From Escherichia phage vB_EcoA_fTuEco01: a stretch of 44,320 nucleotides of DNA. The notes below the pieces were generated by a model, which was not told the origin of the DNA, made no database searches, and worked only from the letters and a program-made list of their open reading frames with translations. The translations under genes and the position numbers were made by a program. Within the stretch, counting starts at the first letter, position 1. Every line of letters begins with the position of its first letter. Where the stretch lies: the sequence record MZ031013.1. One strand, given 5' to 3'. Below, in pieces: positions 7,275 through 16,335 of this stretch.

Positions 7275-9263
7275 ATGGCTATTATTCAGAATGTACCGTG
7301 TCCTGCTTGCCAAAAGAACGGACATGATATTACTGGCAATCATTTAATGATCTTTGACGACGGGGCAGGATACTGTAACCGTGGTCACTTCCATGATAAC
7401 GGTAAACCTTATTACCACAAGCCAGGGGGTGGCATCGAGATAACCGAATTGCCTATTACTGGCAATATCAAATATACACCTTCTCAATTCAAAGAAATGG
7501 AGAAGGAAGGGAAGGTAAGCGACCCTAAGTTGCGCGCCATCGCACTTGGTGGTATGCGTATGAAAGACCGTTGGGAGGTTATGAATGAGCAAGAAAGGGC
7601 AGACCAAGAAGCAGAGTGGAAACTTGATGTTGAATGGTTCCTCACGCTTAAGCGTAAGAATCTTGTTTCCCGACACATTCGCGGCGACATTTGCGCATTG
7701 TATGATGTACGTGTCGGACACGATGAAGATGGTAGAGTCTCACGGCATTACTATCCACGCTTCGAGAAAGGTGAGCTAGTAGGCGCTAAGTGTCGCACAT
7801 TACCTAAAGACTTTAAGTTTGGTCATTTAGGTAAACTCTTTGGTATGCAAGATCTTTTCGGTATGAATACTTTGTCTCACGTGTTAGACAAGGGAAGACG
7901 AAAGGATTGCTTGCTTATTGTAGGTGGTGAACTTGATGCACTAGCAGCACAGCAAATGCTCCTTGATTCTGCCAAGGGTACTAAGTGGGAAGGCCAGCCT
8001 TACCATGTATGGTCTGTCAATAAAGGTGAGTCTTGCCTTGAAGAGATAGTACAGAACCGTGAACACATCGCCCAATTTAAGAAGATTATATGGGGTTTTG
8101 ATGGCGACGAGGTGGGGCAGAAGCAGAATCAGCAAGCGGCTCGCCTGTTTCCTGGCAAATCCTATATCCTTGAATACCCTTCTGGTTGCAAAGATGCTAA
8201 CAAGGCATTGATGGCTGGCAAGGCTAAAGAGTTTGTTGATGCTTGGTTTAATGCCAAGTCATCTGATGAAGTCTTTGGTAGCCAGATTAAATCTATCGCA
8301 TCTCAAAGGGATAAGCTCAAGGCTGCACGTCCAGAGCAAGGACTATCATGGCCTTGGCCTAAGCTGAACAAGGTAACGCTAGGTATTCGTAAGAACCAGC
8401 TTATCATTGTAGGTGCAGGTTCTGGTGTAGGTAAGACTGAGTTCCTCCGCGAAGTGGTTAAACATCTCATTGAAGAGCACGGTGAATCTGTAGGCATCAT
8501 TTCTACAGAAGACCCGATGGTCAAGGTGTCCCGTGCTTTTATCGGTAAGTGGATTGATAAGCGCATTGAGTTACCGCCAACCAATGACCCGAAAGAAGAC
8601 GGATACCGTGAGGTGTTCGACTACACCGAGGAAGAAGCTAACGCTGCCATTGATTATGTGGCTGATACAGGAAAGCTATTTGTGGCTGACCTAGAAGGCG
8701 ACTATTCTATGGAGAAGGTAGAGCAAACTTGCCTAGAGTTTGAGGCTATGGGCATTTCTAATATCATCATTGATAACTTAACGGGGATTAAATTAGATGA
8801 GCGTGCTTTTGGTGGGAAGGTTGGTGCACTTGATGAATGCGTCAAACGAATTGGTACTATCAAAGACCGACATGCGGTTACGATTTTCCTTGTCTCTCAC
8901 CTTACACGTCCTCCGGCAAACCGTACCCAACACGAAGAAGGTGGCGAAGTTATCCTTTCTGACTTCCGAGGCTCAGGCGCTATCGGATTCTGGGCATCTT
9001 ACGCCTTGGGGATTGAGCGTAATACAAGAGCTGAAACGCTTGATGAAAGGACTACCACGTACATCTCGTGTGTCAAAGACCGCGATCAAGGTATCTACAC
9101 TGGAACCAAGGTCATGCTTAAGGGTGACATTCAAACCGGACGTTTAATGGAACCACAAGCTAGAACAAGGTCATTTGATACAGGTGAAACAAGGCAGCAA
9201 GAGGTGCCTGATTTACCGGACACTATAGAAGAGACAACCTTTGACGATGAACAGGAGTTTTAA
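7275..9263 (+). CDS. DNA primase/helicase (T7 gene 4-like), 662 aa
   Basis: N-terminal zinc ribbon CPACQ...CNRGH; Walker A GAGSGVGKTEF; acidic C-terminus DDEQEF ending in Phe, as in T7 gp4 (...TDF). Confidence 0.95.
   Translation: MAIIQNVPCPACQKNGHDITGNHLMIFDDGAGYCNRGHFHDNGKPYYHKPGGGIEITELPITGNIKYTPSQFKEMEKEGKVSDPKLRAIALGGMRMKDRWEVMNEQERADQEAEWKLDVEWFLTLKRKNLVSRHIRGDICALYDVRVGHDEDGRVSRHYYPRFEKGELVGAKCRTLPKDFKFGHLGKLFGMQDLFGMNTLSHVLDKGRRKDCLLIVGGELDALAAQQMLLDSAKGTKWEGQPYHVWSVNKGESCLEEIVQNREHIAQFKKIIWGFDGDEVGQKQNQQAARLFPGKSYILEYPSGCKDANKALMAGKAKEFVDAWFNAKSSDEVFGSQIKSIASQRDKLKAARPEQGLSWPWPKLNKVTLGIRKNQLIIVGAGSGVGKTEFLREVVKHLIEEHGESVGIISTEDPMVKVSRAFIGKWIDKRIELPPTNDPKEDGYREVFDYTEEEANAAIDYVADTGKLFVADLEGDYSMEKVEQTCLEFEAMGISNIIIDNLTGIKLDERAFGGKVGALDECVKRIGTIKDRHAVTIFLVSHLTRPPANRTQHEEGGEVILSDFRGSGAIGFWASYALGIERNTRAETLDERTTTYISCVKDRDQGIYTGTKVMLKGDIQTGRLMEPQARTRSFDTGETRQQEVPDLPDTIEETTFDDEQEF
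9211..9231 (+). promoter_or_regulatory. Phage RNAP promoter embedded in the 3' end of the primase/helicase gene
   Basis: ATTTACCGGACACTATAGAAG is a perfect consensus; in frame it encodes LPDTIEE. Confidence 0.7.
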
Positions 9264-9424
9264 TGGAAATTATTAAACCAGTATTGAATATCGGTATTGA
9301 AATCCTATTCATGCTTGTGATCGCAGATTATGCTGCACGATATGGATTCAAGAAAGCTGTGAAACTTATCGTTGCATCTGGTTTTATGATGTCAATGTTC
9401 TTTATTGTAACACGCCTTATCTAG
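9263..9424 (+). CDS. Hypothetical small membrane protein, 53 aa, two hydrophobic segments
   Basis: TAATG stop-start overlap with the helicase gene; ILFMLVIADYA and SGFMMSMFFIV hydrophobic stretches. Confidence 0.45.
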   Translation: MEIIKPVLNIGIEILFMLVIADYAARYGFKKAVKLIVASGFMMSMFFIVTRLI

Positions 9425-9437
9425 TGTATTTATCAGG

Positions 9438-9461
9438 GCTTGTCTCACATGTGAGACAGGC
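9438..9461. repeat. Conserved palindrome (gcttGTCTCACATGTGAGACaggc), copy 3, extended stem followed by a T-rich run
   Basis: Core 9442..9457 is perfect; the flanks extend the stem to about 10 bp; followed by TCTTATT. Terminator-like. Confidence 0.7.
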
Positions 9462-9496
9462 TCTTATTAAGTACATTAAATAACTGGAGATTGATT

Positions 9497-10180
9497 ATGT
9501 ATAAATTAGTATTGAATGCAGGTGATTATGTTCGTAACATCAATGCAACCTCACGTAGATATCGTTGCCGTGGTACTGTGACTAATGTAAGTGAAAACAG
9601 CTACTATGTAGAGTACAGTAATGGTATTAGACAGGCTTATCAAAAGGAATCAGCACATAACTACCTTGAGAAGATTGGAGAGGTAAGCAATCAATGTAAG
9701 TGCGTACACGATGAGATTTGCGATAAGTGTGCCCGCCAGATGCATAAAATGCTATTATACCCTCTTCGCTATGGTGCTGGCATTCAAACCTTAGCAGAGG
9801 CATATGGCAAAGGTAAGACTACACTTAATAAAGATCGCCGCAATGTAATCACTGGTAAGACTCAAAGTGAAATGATTAAGCAGTGTGGCACTGCACTAGG
9901 TGTTACGCAGTTTAACACTCGTGCTCTTGGTAAATCCACAGGACAAGCTATGGTAAAGATTGGCGAAGCCATGATGCATCCAAATGTACCTGTGCGAATC
10001 ATGGATGTTGACCATGCAATCACAGAACACGGTACACCACGACGTGTAGCTAATAAGCATTTTGCCGACACTATAGAAGGTGTTATCCGTAAGCAAGGGT
10101 TGAAAGGTCTTCACCTCTTGAATGGTGAAGAATTACTGTATCTCCCTATTGTTACTGAAGAAACCTACGTGAATATTTAA
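9497..10180 (+). CDS. Hypothetical protein, 227 aa, Cys-cluster (CKCVHDEICDKC), possible zinc-binding / DNA-binding
   Basis: ATG at 9497 with GGAGA upstream (the track starts at a TTG at 9491). An embedded promoter-like core lies at 10058..10079. Confidence 0.55.
   Translation: MYKLVLNAGDYVRNINATSRRYRCRGTVTNVSENSYYVEYSNGIRQAYQKESAHNYLEKIGEVSNQCKCVHDEICDKCARQMHKMLLYPLRYGAGIQTLAEAYGKGKTTLNKDRRNVITGKTQSEMIKQCGTALGVTQFNTRALGKSTGQAMVKIGEAMMHPNVPVRIMDVDHAITEHGTPRRVANKHFADTIEGVIRKQGLKGLHLLNGEELLYLPIVTEETYVNI
10058..10079 (+). promoter_or_regulatory. Weak phage-type promoter embedded in coding sequence (TTTTGCCGACACTATAGAAGG)
   Basis: Core CGACACTATAGAAG is conserved, the upstream AT-rich recognition region is degenerate; in frame it encodes ADTIEG. 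Confidence 0.35.
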
Positions 10181-10190
10181 GGAGTTAATC

Positions 10191-10406
10191 GTGACTAAAG
10201 TTCTAATTTATAAACAACGAGGTCTTAAGGCTTATGCTATTGTAGCACCAAATGGTGTTAAAAAAGTAAGTTGTAAGCCTCTTGCAATAAAAGGTGCAGG
10301 TATGTCTGCTAACTTCCAATTGCAACTTTTTGGCAATTTCACAGAAGCGCAATTCCGCAATAAACATGAAGTTATTGGTTCTTTTATGGTGAAACATGCA
10401 GAATAA
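10191..10406 (+). CDS. Hypothetical protein, 71 aa
   Basis: GTG start 7 nt after an AAGGAG RBS. Confidence 0.5.
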   Translation: MTKVLIYKQRGLKAYAIVAPNGVKKVSCKPLAIKGAGMSANFQLQLFGNFTEAQFRNKHEVIGSFMVKHAE

Positions 10407-10605
10407 ACACAGCCTTAAGATGTTTGATGGTCACGAAGACCTGCAAGCACACATCACTAACCAAGCCTTCCTGTTTGCACAGTTAACTATGGCTGAAGCA
10501 AAGAAGAATAGCCTGACACGCGAGCAGGTTATCAAGGAGGCTACTTGGGAGCCACACCAAGGTAAATATATGGGCCATAAATTAACTGTAACACGCAGTC
10601 GATAA
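10396..10605 (+). CDS. Hypothetical protein, 69 aa
   Basis: ORF track entry; overlaps the upstream gene by 11 nt. Confidence 0.45.
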   Translation: MQNKHSLKMFDGHEDLQAHITNQAFLFAQLTMAEAKKNSLTREQVIKEATWEPHQGKYMGHKLTVTRSR

Positions 10606-10611
10606 GTCAAG

Positions 10612-10635
10612 GGTTGTCTCACACGTGAGACAGCC
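10612..10635. repeat. Conserved palindrome variant (ggttGTCTCACACGTGAGACagcc), copy 4
   Basis: Stem arms gtctca and tgagac are conserved, with a CACG centre variant. Confidence 0.65.
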
Positions 10636-10662
10636 TTTCATCATGTTGATTGGAGGTGCATT

Positions 10663-10770
10663 ATGCCACGTGATTATGATTCTGATTGGGACTACTATGA
10701 CTCAATGAATCCAAAACCCGAACGTTCAGATGATTACTACGAAACAGAGGCAATGTATGAAGATTACTGA
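10663..10770 (+). CDS. Hypothetical small acidic protein, 35 aa (MPRDYDSDWDYYDSM...)
   Basis: ATG at 10663 with a GGAGGTG RBS. Under 60 aa. Confidence 0.35.
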   Translation: MPRDYDSDWDYYDSMNPKPERSDDYYETEAMYEDY

Positions 10771-13303
10771 TTGGAAGAAGGAGGCAAAAGGCCGTATCCT
10801 AGTAATGGATGCGGAGGCTAAAGGTCTGCTTGATGCCATCCGATATGGACACCGCGAAGATGTGCATATCATTTGCTGCATGGACTTGCTTACTACTGAG
10901 GAGTTCCTCTTCTTTGACCCATATGAGATGCGTGACCCTGAAGCAAGGGAGCGCCTGAAGGAATGGGAAGGGCATCAAGATGGTGACTTGGTTGATGGTG
11001 TTAACTTCCTGAAGCACTGTGAAGCTATCGTGTCACAGAACTTCCTAGGATATGACGGTCTTCTCTTTGAGAAAGCATTCCCTGCTATCTGGAAAGGTTT
11101 TAACTATACCGAGAGGCGAGGCAAGGGCAGACTCCGCGCTGACCTGTGTCCTGTGCGAGTCATGGACACGCTGGTGATGAGTCGCCTGTTAAACCCCGAT
11201 AGGCGCCTCCCTCCGCAAGCATACGCCAAAGGTATGGGTAACGTCGCCCCTCACTCAATTGAGGCGCACGGCATTCGTATAGGCCGTTATAAGCCGGAGA
11301 ACGAGGATTGGTCTAAACTAACTGACCACATGGTACATCGTGTACGCGAGGACGTGGCGATAGGCCGTGACCTATTCCTCTGGCTATTTAACGGAGAATG
11401 GACGGAGCACAAACGCCGTGGCGTGAATAAACGCACTGGCCTAGGTATTGAGACAGCCTTCCACATGGAGTCCATTGTGGCGCTGGAGATGAGCCGTCAG
11501 GCCGAGCGTGGATTCCGTCTGGATATAGATAAAGCATTAGCACGATGCGAGGAATTGGACGCTAAGATTGATGAGACAGTCGCAGCGTTCCGTCCGCACA
11601 TGCCTATGCGTATCAAGTCTAAACCTTTTAAACCGGAAGAAAAGAATGAAGTATGCCAACGCGCAAATGAGTATGGAGCTAGCAACAATATACCTACTGT
11701 TCTTGACCCCTCTCACTTTCTTCACGCAGAGAGACGAGGGGATCGCAAGACAGTATGGAGTGTCACTACTAAGTCTGGTGATTGGTCGGCTAGCGTCAAG
11801 AAAGACTTTCCTCACCTTAGAGGAAACCGTAATGACACGCCAAGCATCAAGTGGATTGGCGCTTACTCGCCTGTTACTTTCGAAGAAATTCCCTTGGGTA
11901 ACAGGGATACAGTTAAGCAAGTGCTCTATGATTATGGATGGAAAGGTGTTGAATTTAACGATACCGAGCAAGCGCATCTCGATGAGCATGGCGTATTACC
12001 CAAGCCTTGGAGTGGGAAGATAAATGAAAAGTCCCTTACTTTATGGCAAGAGAGAGCCGCACGTGAAGGTAAAACAGTCCCTGATTGGTGCTTGGGTATC
12101 GCTGCATGGTACATACTCGTATCCCGTCGTGGTCAGATCCTCAACCGTGGTGACGTTGAAGCCTTCGACCAGAAGGGGGTGTGGCCTTCGCAAGCTGGTA
12201 TACGAAAGTGTCGCGGCCTTGTACCTGTAGCATTTAACAAGGAGTTAGGAATCAATGCGCAGCAATACTACGAAAGGTACGGATGCTGGCCTACGTCAGA
12301 CAAGGATGACGGAGAATGGCGTGTGCCAGCTATTGCTATTAGTATTGGAACTTCTACGTTCCGTATGCGTCATCGTAACGTGGTTAATATTCCTGCCCGT
12401 GGTTTGTATCCTTTACGTGATTTATTCATAGCCGGTAAAGGTAAGCTAATCCTTGGTTGTGATGGTGCTGGTCTTGAACTACGTGTCCTGTCTCACTTCA
12501 TGAATGACCCTGAATATCAAGATATTGTACTGCATGGTGACATTCACACCCATAATCAAATGAAGGCTGGTCTTCCTAAGCGTGACATGGCGAAGACATT
12601 TATATATGCCTTCCTATATGGGTCTGGTATAGCTAACCTTGCAGCAGTATGTGGTGTTACTGAGGAAGAAATGGAGGAAGTTGTGGCAAGATTTGAGGTT
12701 GAACTACCATCTCTTGCACGTCTTCGTGAGAATGTTATCGCACAAGGTAACAAGTTTGGCTACCTACAAGCACCTGATGGTCATTGGGGTCGCATCCGTA
12801 TGTCTGGTGGTGAACTTAAAGAGCACACTATGCTTAACGTACTACTACAGATGACTGGTTCTCTGTGTATGAAATACGCATTGGTCAGAGCGTTTGCAGT
12901 GATGCGCAAGGAAGGTGTGGCCTTAGATAGCATGGGAAACCCTTGCGGTATAGCTAACGTGCACGATGAAATCCAGATGGAAGTCCCTGAAGATGAGGTC
13001 TTGTATCTCAACTACGACTTGCCTTTCACCTTAGAAGGGTTCGAAACAGAGAAGGCTGCTGTGAAAGCAGTGTTCGATGCAGAGGAGAAACGTGTTCATG
13101 TAGATTCTGAAGGACGTATGTGGTCTGCTGCAAATCTCGTTAGCGTTGATGCTGATGCTGGTGTACTTCATTGCCAGCGTCGCTATCACCGTGCAGGGCA
13201 TATCATTGCCGACGCAATGACTTGGGCGGGTCAGTATCTGAAGATGCGTTGTCCGATGGCAGGTGAGTATAAGATTGGTGCAAGTTGGAAGGAAACACAC
13301 TGA
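10757..13303 (+). CDS. DNA polymerase, family A (T7 gene 5-like), about 848 aa
   Basis: 3'-5' exonuclease motif (ILVMDAEAKG), pol motif A (DGAGLELRVLSHF), motif B (KTFIYAFLYGSG) and motif C (VHDEIQMEV). Start chosen at ATG 10757 (MKITDW); the track starts upstream at 10730. Confidence 0.93.
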   Translation: MKITDWKKEAKGRILVMDAEAKGLLDAIRYGHREDVHIICCMDLLTTEEFLFFDPYEMRDPEARERLKEWEGHQDGDLVDGVNFLKHCEAIVSQNFLGYDGLLFEKAFPAIWKGFNYTERRGKGRLRADLCPVRVMDTLVMSRLLNPDRRLPPQAYAKGMGNVAPHSIEAHGIRIGRYKPENEDWSKLTDHMVHRVREDVAIGRDLFLWLFNGEWTEHKRRGVNKRTGLGIETAFHMESIVALEMSRQAERGFRLDIDKALARCEELDAKIDETVAAFRPHMPMRIKSKPFKPEEKNEVCQRANEYGASNNIPTVLDPSHFLHAERRGDRKTVWSVTTKSGDWSASVKKDFPHLRGNRNDTPSIKWIGAYSPVTFEEIPLGNRDTVKQVLYDYGWKGVEFNDTEQAHLDEHGVLPKPWSGKINEKSLTLWQERAAREGKTVPDWCLGIAAWYILVSRRGQILNRGDVEAFDQKGVWPSQAGIRKCRGLVPVAFNKELGINAQQYYERYGCWPTSDKDDGEWRVPAIAISIGTSTFRMRHRNVVNIPARGLYPLRDLFIAGKGKLILGCDGAGLELRVLSHFMNDPEYQDIVLHGDIHTHNQMKAGLPKRDMAKTFIYAFLYGSGIANLAAVCGVTEEEMEEVVARFEVELPSLARLRENVIAQGNKFGYLQAPDGHWGRIRMSGGELKEHTMLNVLLQMTGSLCMKYALVRAFAVMRKEGVALDSMGNPCGIANVHDEIQMEVPEDEVLYLNYDLPFTLEGFETEKAAVKAVFDAEEKRVHVDSEGRMWSAANLVSVDADAGVLHCQRRYHRAGHIIADAMTWAGQYLKMRCPMAGEYKIGASWKETH

Positions 13304-13420
13304 TGGACAGGTTTGATATTGTTTGCCTATTCTCCACCTTCTTTCTTATATTCCTTATGCTTGCTTGCTATGGAAGTATGCGATTAGATATACCTGATGA
13401 AGAGGAGGGTTACGATTGAT
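13304..13420 (+). CDS. Hypothetical hydrophobic peptide, 38 aa
   Basis: TGATG overlap with the polymerase stop; FSTFFLIFLMLACY transmembrane-like segment. Confidence 0.3.
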
Positions 13421-13517
13421 GCAGGCATCTTTTATTATTCTTGGAGTCATATTATTTATGGTAGTATTCTGGGCTTTCTCTGGCATTGACCCAGATTGTG
13501 ATGGTAACTACGACTGA
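13419..13517 (+). CDS. Hypothetical hydrophobic peptide, 32 aa
   Basis: TGATG overlap with the previous ORF; IILGVILFMVVFWAF transmembrane-like segment. Confidence 0.3.
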   Translation: MQASFIILGVILFMVVFWAFSGIDPDCDGNYD

Positions 13518-13585
13518 GTTATACTCAAGGTCACTTACGAGTGGCCTTTATGAATAACTTATTCCTACTTATTTTGTCTAACATG

Positions 13586-13606
13586 ATTTACTGGACACTA
13601 TAGAAG
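13586..13606 (+). promoter_or_regulatory. Phage RNAP promoter (ATTTACTGGACACTATAGAAG)
   Basis: Perfect consensus. Confidence 0.8.
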
Positions 13607-13607
13607 G

Positions 13608-13672
13608 AAAGCCTAGGTAATCTAGGTTTATAAGGTAGTATAGGTAATTAAGTAAATATAGGAGATATAAAT
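13608..13672. repeat. AT-rich TAGGTWA-repeat block downstream of a promoter
   Basis: gcctaggtaatctaggtttataaggtagtataggtaattaagtaaatataggagat; similar blocks occur at 6961..7020 and 38650..38702. Confidence 0.5.
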
Positions 13673-14050
13673 ATGTCTATGGTAACTACTCTGGTATTCG
13701 TGGCTCAATACTTTCGTGGTCTTGCTAATAAGTTCAAGTCCAAGGCTATCAAAGCTATTGAGGCTCGCATCGAAGCAGTACAGGCAGAGCAAGTTAAAGT
13801 TGAAGAACATCGTAGTTCTCAAATGATTGACTGTCATAACCGCTACTATGCATCTCGTGATGAACTAAATGCACGTCAAGTCAAAGAGGTAGAAGATATG
13901 CTGGCACGTCACCAGCAAGAGCGTGACAGCCTGAAAGCTGAATTTGAAGAGAACAAGGCATCAATTGCCCTTGTAAATCAAGCTGCATCTGACAGCCTGA
14001 AGAAAGAGATTGTTATGCTGGAAATAGAACTGGACAACTTGACTAAATAA
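13673..14050 (+). CDS. Hypothetical coiled-coil protein, 125 aa
   Basis: Strong T7 gene-10-like RBS (ataggagatataaatATG); heptad-like charged sequence. Confidence 0.6.
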   Translation: MSMVTTLVFVAQYFRGLANKFKSKAIKAIEARIEAVQAEQVKVEEHRSSQMIDCHNRYYASRDELNARQVKEVEDMLARHQQERDSLKAEFEENKASIALVNQAASDSLKKEIVMLEIELDNLTK

Positions 14051-14056
14051 GGAGTT

Positions 14057-14356
14057 ATGATGGAAGAAGTGATTCAAGCTAAACATGTAGGTATCATCTT
14101 TCGTGATCTAGAGCAGCGTAAAGTTGCAGGTCACACTCGTCTGGCTAAAGAAGACGATACAGCAATCACTACTGTGGAACAAGCAGATGCCTATCGTGGT
14201 CCAGAGTTTACTCAAGGTGAAACTTGTCATCAATTGAGCCTTTCGCTTTGTGACACTATGGCTAGTGTAAATGTACAAGAGGTTGAAGATGGTGAATGTG
14301 TTAGTTATGTCTACCCTCTCGATACTATTGCACGTATTAAGGTAGTTCATAAGTAA
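14057..14356 (+). CDS. Hypothetical protein, about 98-99 aa
   Basis: AAGGAG RBS; ATG at 14057 or 14060. Confidence 0.55.
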   Translation: MMEEVIQAKHVGIIFRDLEQRKVAGHTRLAKEDDTAITTVEQADAYRGPEFTQGETCHQLSLSLCDTMASVNVQEVEDGECVSYVYPLDTIARIKVVHK

Positions 14357-14375
14357 TTACTGGACACTATAGAAC
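14355..14375 (+). promoter_or_regulatory. Phage RNAP promoter (AATTACTGGACACTATAGAAC)
   Basis: Consensus match; overlaps the stop codon of the upstream ORF. Confidence 0.7.
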
Positions 14376-14433
14376 AATAGGTCGGCTTAGTTCGGCCTAT
14401 GATTGTGTAGTGTAACAATAGGAGACTAAATAA

Positions 14434-15240
14434 ATGGCACGTGGTGATTTTGATTTTGGTGCTCAGGTTACTAAAGCTGAAGGTAAAGTATTTAAGAACC
14501 CTGAAGTTGGTGATCATGAAGCAGTAATCTCTGGCATCATTCATGTTGGTTCCTTCCAAGATATCTTTAAGAAAGGTAATACCACTGAAGTTAAGAAGCC
14601 AGCAAACTTTGTTCTTGTTAAAATTACCCTGATGGGCGACGATGACAAGAATGAAGATGATTCTCGCATGGAACAGTGGATGGCTGTGCCCTTGAAGTCT
14701 GGTGACAAGGCAACTCTTACTAAGTTCCTGAATGCAGTGGACCCTAAAGAATTGCTGGGTGGCTTCGATGATTTCATCGGTGAATGTCTGACTGCAACTA
14801 TGGTTGGCTCTGGTGATAAGAATGACGATGGCTCATTCAAGTATGTTAACTGGAAAGGATTTGGTGGTATGCCTGACAAGCTGAAGAAACTGGTCATTGC
14901 TCAGGTAGAAGAGGAAGGTCTGTCTATGACAGGTCATATCACCTTCGACAAGCTGACCAAAGAAATCCTTGATGACATCCCAGCTAACTTGGTACGTCAA
15001 TACTTCCTGAACGAGACACCTCGTGGTAAGAACCTGTCTGTTGCTGGCTCTCACGTAGAAGCTATTATCAAAGCTGCTCGTGAAGAAGACCCTGAATGGA
15101 AGAAGGCTAAGAAGAAAGACGAGGAAGATGCTACCCCAGCTAATCGTAAATCTCTGGATACTGGTGAGCCTGTTCCACAGGAAGTACCTGAAGCAGAAGA
15201 TACTCCTGCACCGGAGATGGATGAGGACGCGGAATATTAA
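14434..15240 (+). CDS. Putative ssDNA-binding protein (T7 gp2.5-like role), 268 aa, acidic C-terminal tail ending in Tyr
   Basis: Highly expressed codon usage and a C-terminal acidic tail ...EMDEDAEY resembling the T7 gp2.5 tail (...DEDGDF), in the replication module. Functional assignment is by analogy only. Confidence 0.4.
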   Translation: MARGDFDFGAQVTKAEGKVFKNPEVGDHEAVISGIIHVGSFQDIFKKGNTTEVKKPANFVLVKITLMGDDDKNEDDSRMEQWMAVPLKSGDKATLTKFLNAVDPKELLGGFDDFIGECLTATMVGSGDKNDDGSFKYVNWKGFGGMPDKLKKLVIAQVEEEGLSMTGHITFDKLTKEILDDIPANLVRQYFLNETPRGKNLSVAGSHVEAIIKAAREEDPEWKKAKKKDEEDATPANRKSLDTGEPVPQEVPEAEDTPAPEMDEDAEY

Positions 15241-15249
15241 GGAGAACGG

Positions 15250-15468
15250 ATGAAAGTACAAATCGTAACTCTGCATTGCAAGAAAGGAATCACCACACTT
15301 GGCGGCAATACTTTTCACTCCTTCTCTGAAGGGGAGACATACGCCGACCTTCACTATATCTGGCGTGACGGGCAGCACGTGGTGAACTACAGCGACCCTG
15401 CGACTGGTAAACGCCACGGCGTGTCGCTTCCGGCGCATGACATTGCTCAGGTGAACACAGTTTTATAA
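15250..15468 (+). CDS. Hypothetical protein, 72 aa
   Basis: ORF track entry with a GGAGAACGG RBS. Confidence 0.5.
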   Translation: MKVQIVTLHCKKGITTLGGNTFHSFSEGETYADLHYIWRDGQHVVNYSDPATGKRHGVSLPAHDIAQVNTVL

Positions 15469-15469
15469 A

Positions 15470-15485
15470 GTCTCACGTGTGAGAC
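15470..15485. repeat. Conserved palindrome variant GTCTCACGTGTGAGAC, copy 5
   Basis: Arms are conserved with a CGTG centre; 15 nt upstream of the promoter at 15501. Confidence 0.7.
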
Positions 15486-15500
15486 AAATCGGTGTCCGGT

Positions 15501-15523
15501 ATTTACTGGACACTATAGAAGAG
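15501..15523 (+). promoter_or_regulatory. Phage RNAP promoter (ATTTACTGGACACTATAGAAGAG)
   Basis: Perfect consensus. Confidence 0.8.
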
Positions 15524-15573
15524 AAGAATTTTAATCGGCGATAATGCCATAACCAACAAAAGGAGAATTTAAT

Positions 15574-15945
15574 ATGTTCAAGATTGAAACTATCGTAAAC
15601 CGTGTTGTTAAAGGTGCTACTCTGGTATCCGTTGAGTCTTTCATTATCGTCGATGAAGCTGATCAACTGGTAGCTGGTACTAAGGCTTACGATACCCGTG
15701 AAGAAGCTCAGGCTAAGATTGACAGCATGGGTAACTTCGCTGCTGGTCTGGAGTTTGCTCGTGCTTGCTTCCCTGAGCAGGCTGACAAAGCCCAGATCGG
15801 TAAGGCTAACATCGTAGCTGAATATCTGGATTGGATTGCTGCTGGTAAACCAGTGAAAGAAGTTAAAGCTGCTGAAGAAGCTGAAGCTCCGGCAGTAGAA
15901 GTGTCTGCACCGGAAGCTCCGGTTAGCGAAGAGGAAGAGTTTTGA
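15574..15945 (+). CDS. Hypothetical abundant protein, 123 aa, acidic C-terminal tail ending in Phe (...SEEEEF)
   Basis: AAGGAG RBS, codon usage typical of highly expressed genes, and a strong terminator downstream. Tail resembles the replisome-docking tails of T7 gp2.5 and gp4. Confidence 0.55.
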   Translation: MFKIETIVNRVVKGATLVSVESFIIVDEADQLVAGTKAYDTREEAQAKIDSMGNFAAGLEFARACFPEQADKAQIGKANIVAEYLDWIAAGKPVKEVKAAEEAEAPAVEVSAPEAPVSEEEEF

Positions 15946-16003
15946 TAATAGCAGGTGTAGCCTCTGTTAGTCCTAGTTGACTATCACGCTCACCTCATCT
16001 AAT

Positions 16004-16037
16004 GCCCTGTCTGCCTTAGTGTAGGCAGGGTCTTTTG
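16004..16037 (+). terminator. Rho-independent terminator
   Basis: gccctgtctgcc / ggcaggg stem of about 8 bp (one G-U pair) followed by TCTTTTG. Confidence 0.55.
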
Positions 16038-16062
16038 CGTAATAGTTATTGGAGAATGAATT

Positions 16063-16335
16063 ATGCCGACTATTGAATCTCGAATTGAACTGGACATTAG
16101 CTACAATGCAATCACCAGACAGTATATTGGGGTTGCCTATGATTACAAAACTGGTGAGAAGCTAGTGGAGGTGAGACAATGGGATGACTATTGGTTAAGA
16201 CAGAACCTCCATGATGCGGTGTCCTCCTTCTTGAAGGAGTGGCCTACATGCGACCAAACTTCGACTTCGGAGCTACAGTATCGGAAGACAATAACCTCAT
16301 CCTGTGGCCAACTGAAGGTAATCGAATCGCTTTAA
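16063..16335 (+). CDS. Hypothetical protein, 90 aa; its 3' end overlaps the exonuclease gene in another frame
   Basis: ATG at 16063 with a GGAGAATG RBS. The roughly 88-nt overlap with the next gene makes the true 3' end uncertain. Confidence 0.35.
   Translation: MPTIESRIELDISYNAITRQYIGVAYDYKTGEKLVEVRQWDDYWLRQNLHDAVSSFLKEWPTCDQTSTSELQYRKTITSSCGQLKVIESL

Noticed and set aside
7871-7893. Near-palindrome ttgtctcacgtgttagacaa inside the primase-helicase coding region
   Set aside because: Imperfect (one arm mismatch) and within coding sequence; probably a chance or decayed copy, so not counted among the functional copies.
11568-12023. Plus-strand alternative-frame ORF of 151 aa inside the DNA polymerase gene
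   Set aside because: Out of frame with a CDS carrying polymerase motifs; no independent RBS.
14833-15438. Minus-strand ORF of 201 aa
   Set aside because: Antisense to the well-supported highly expressed + strand gene at 14434..15240; no start context.
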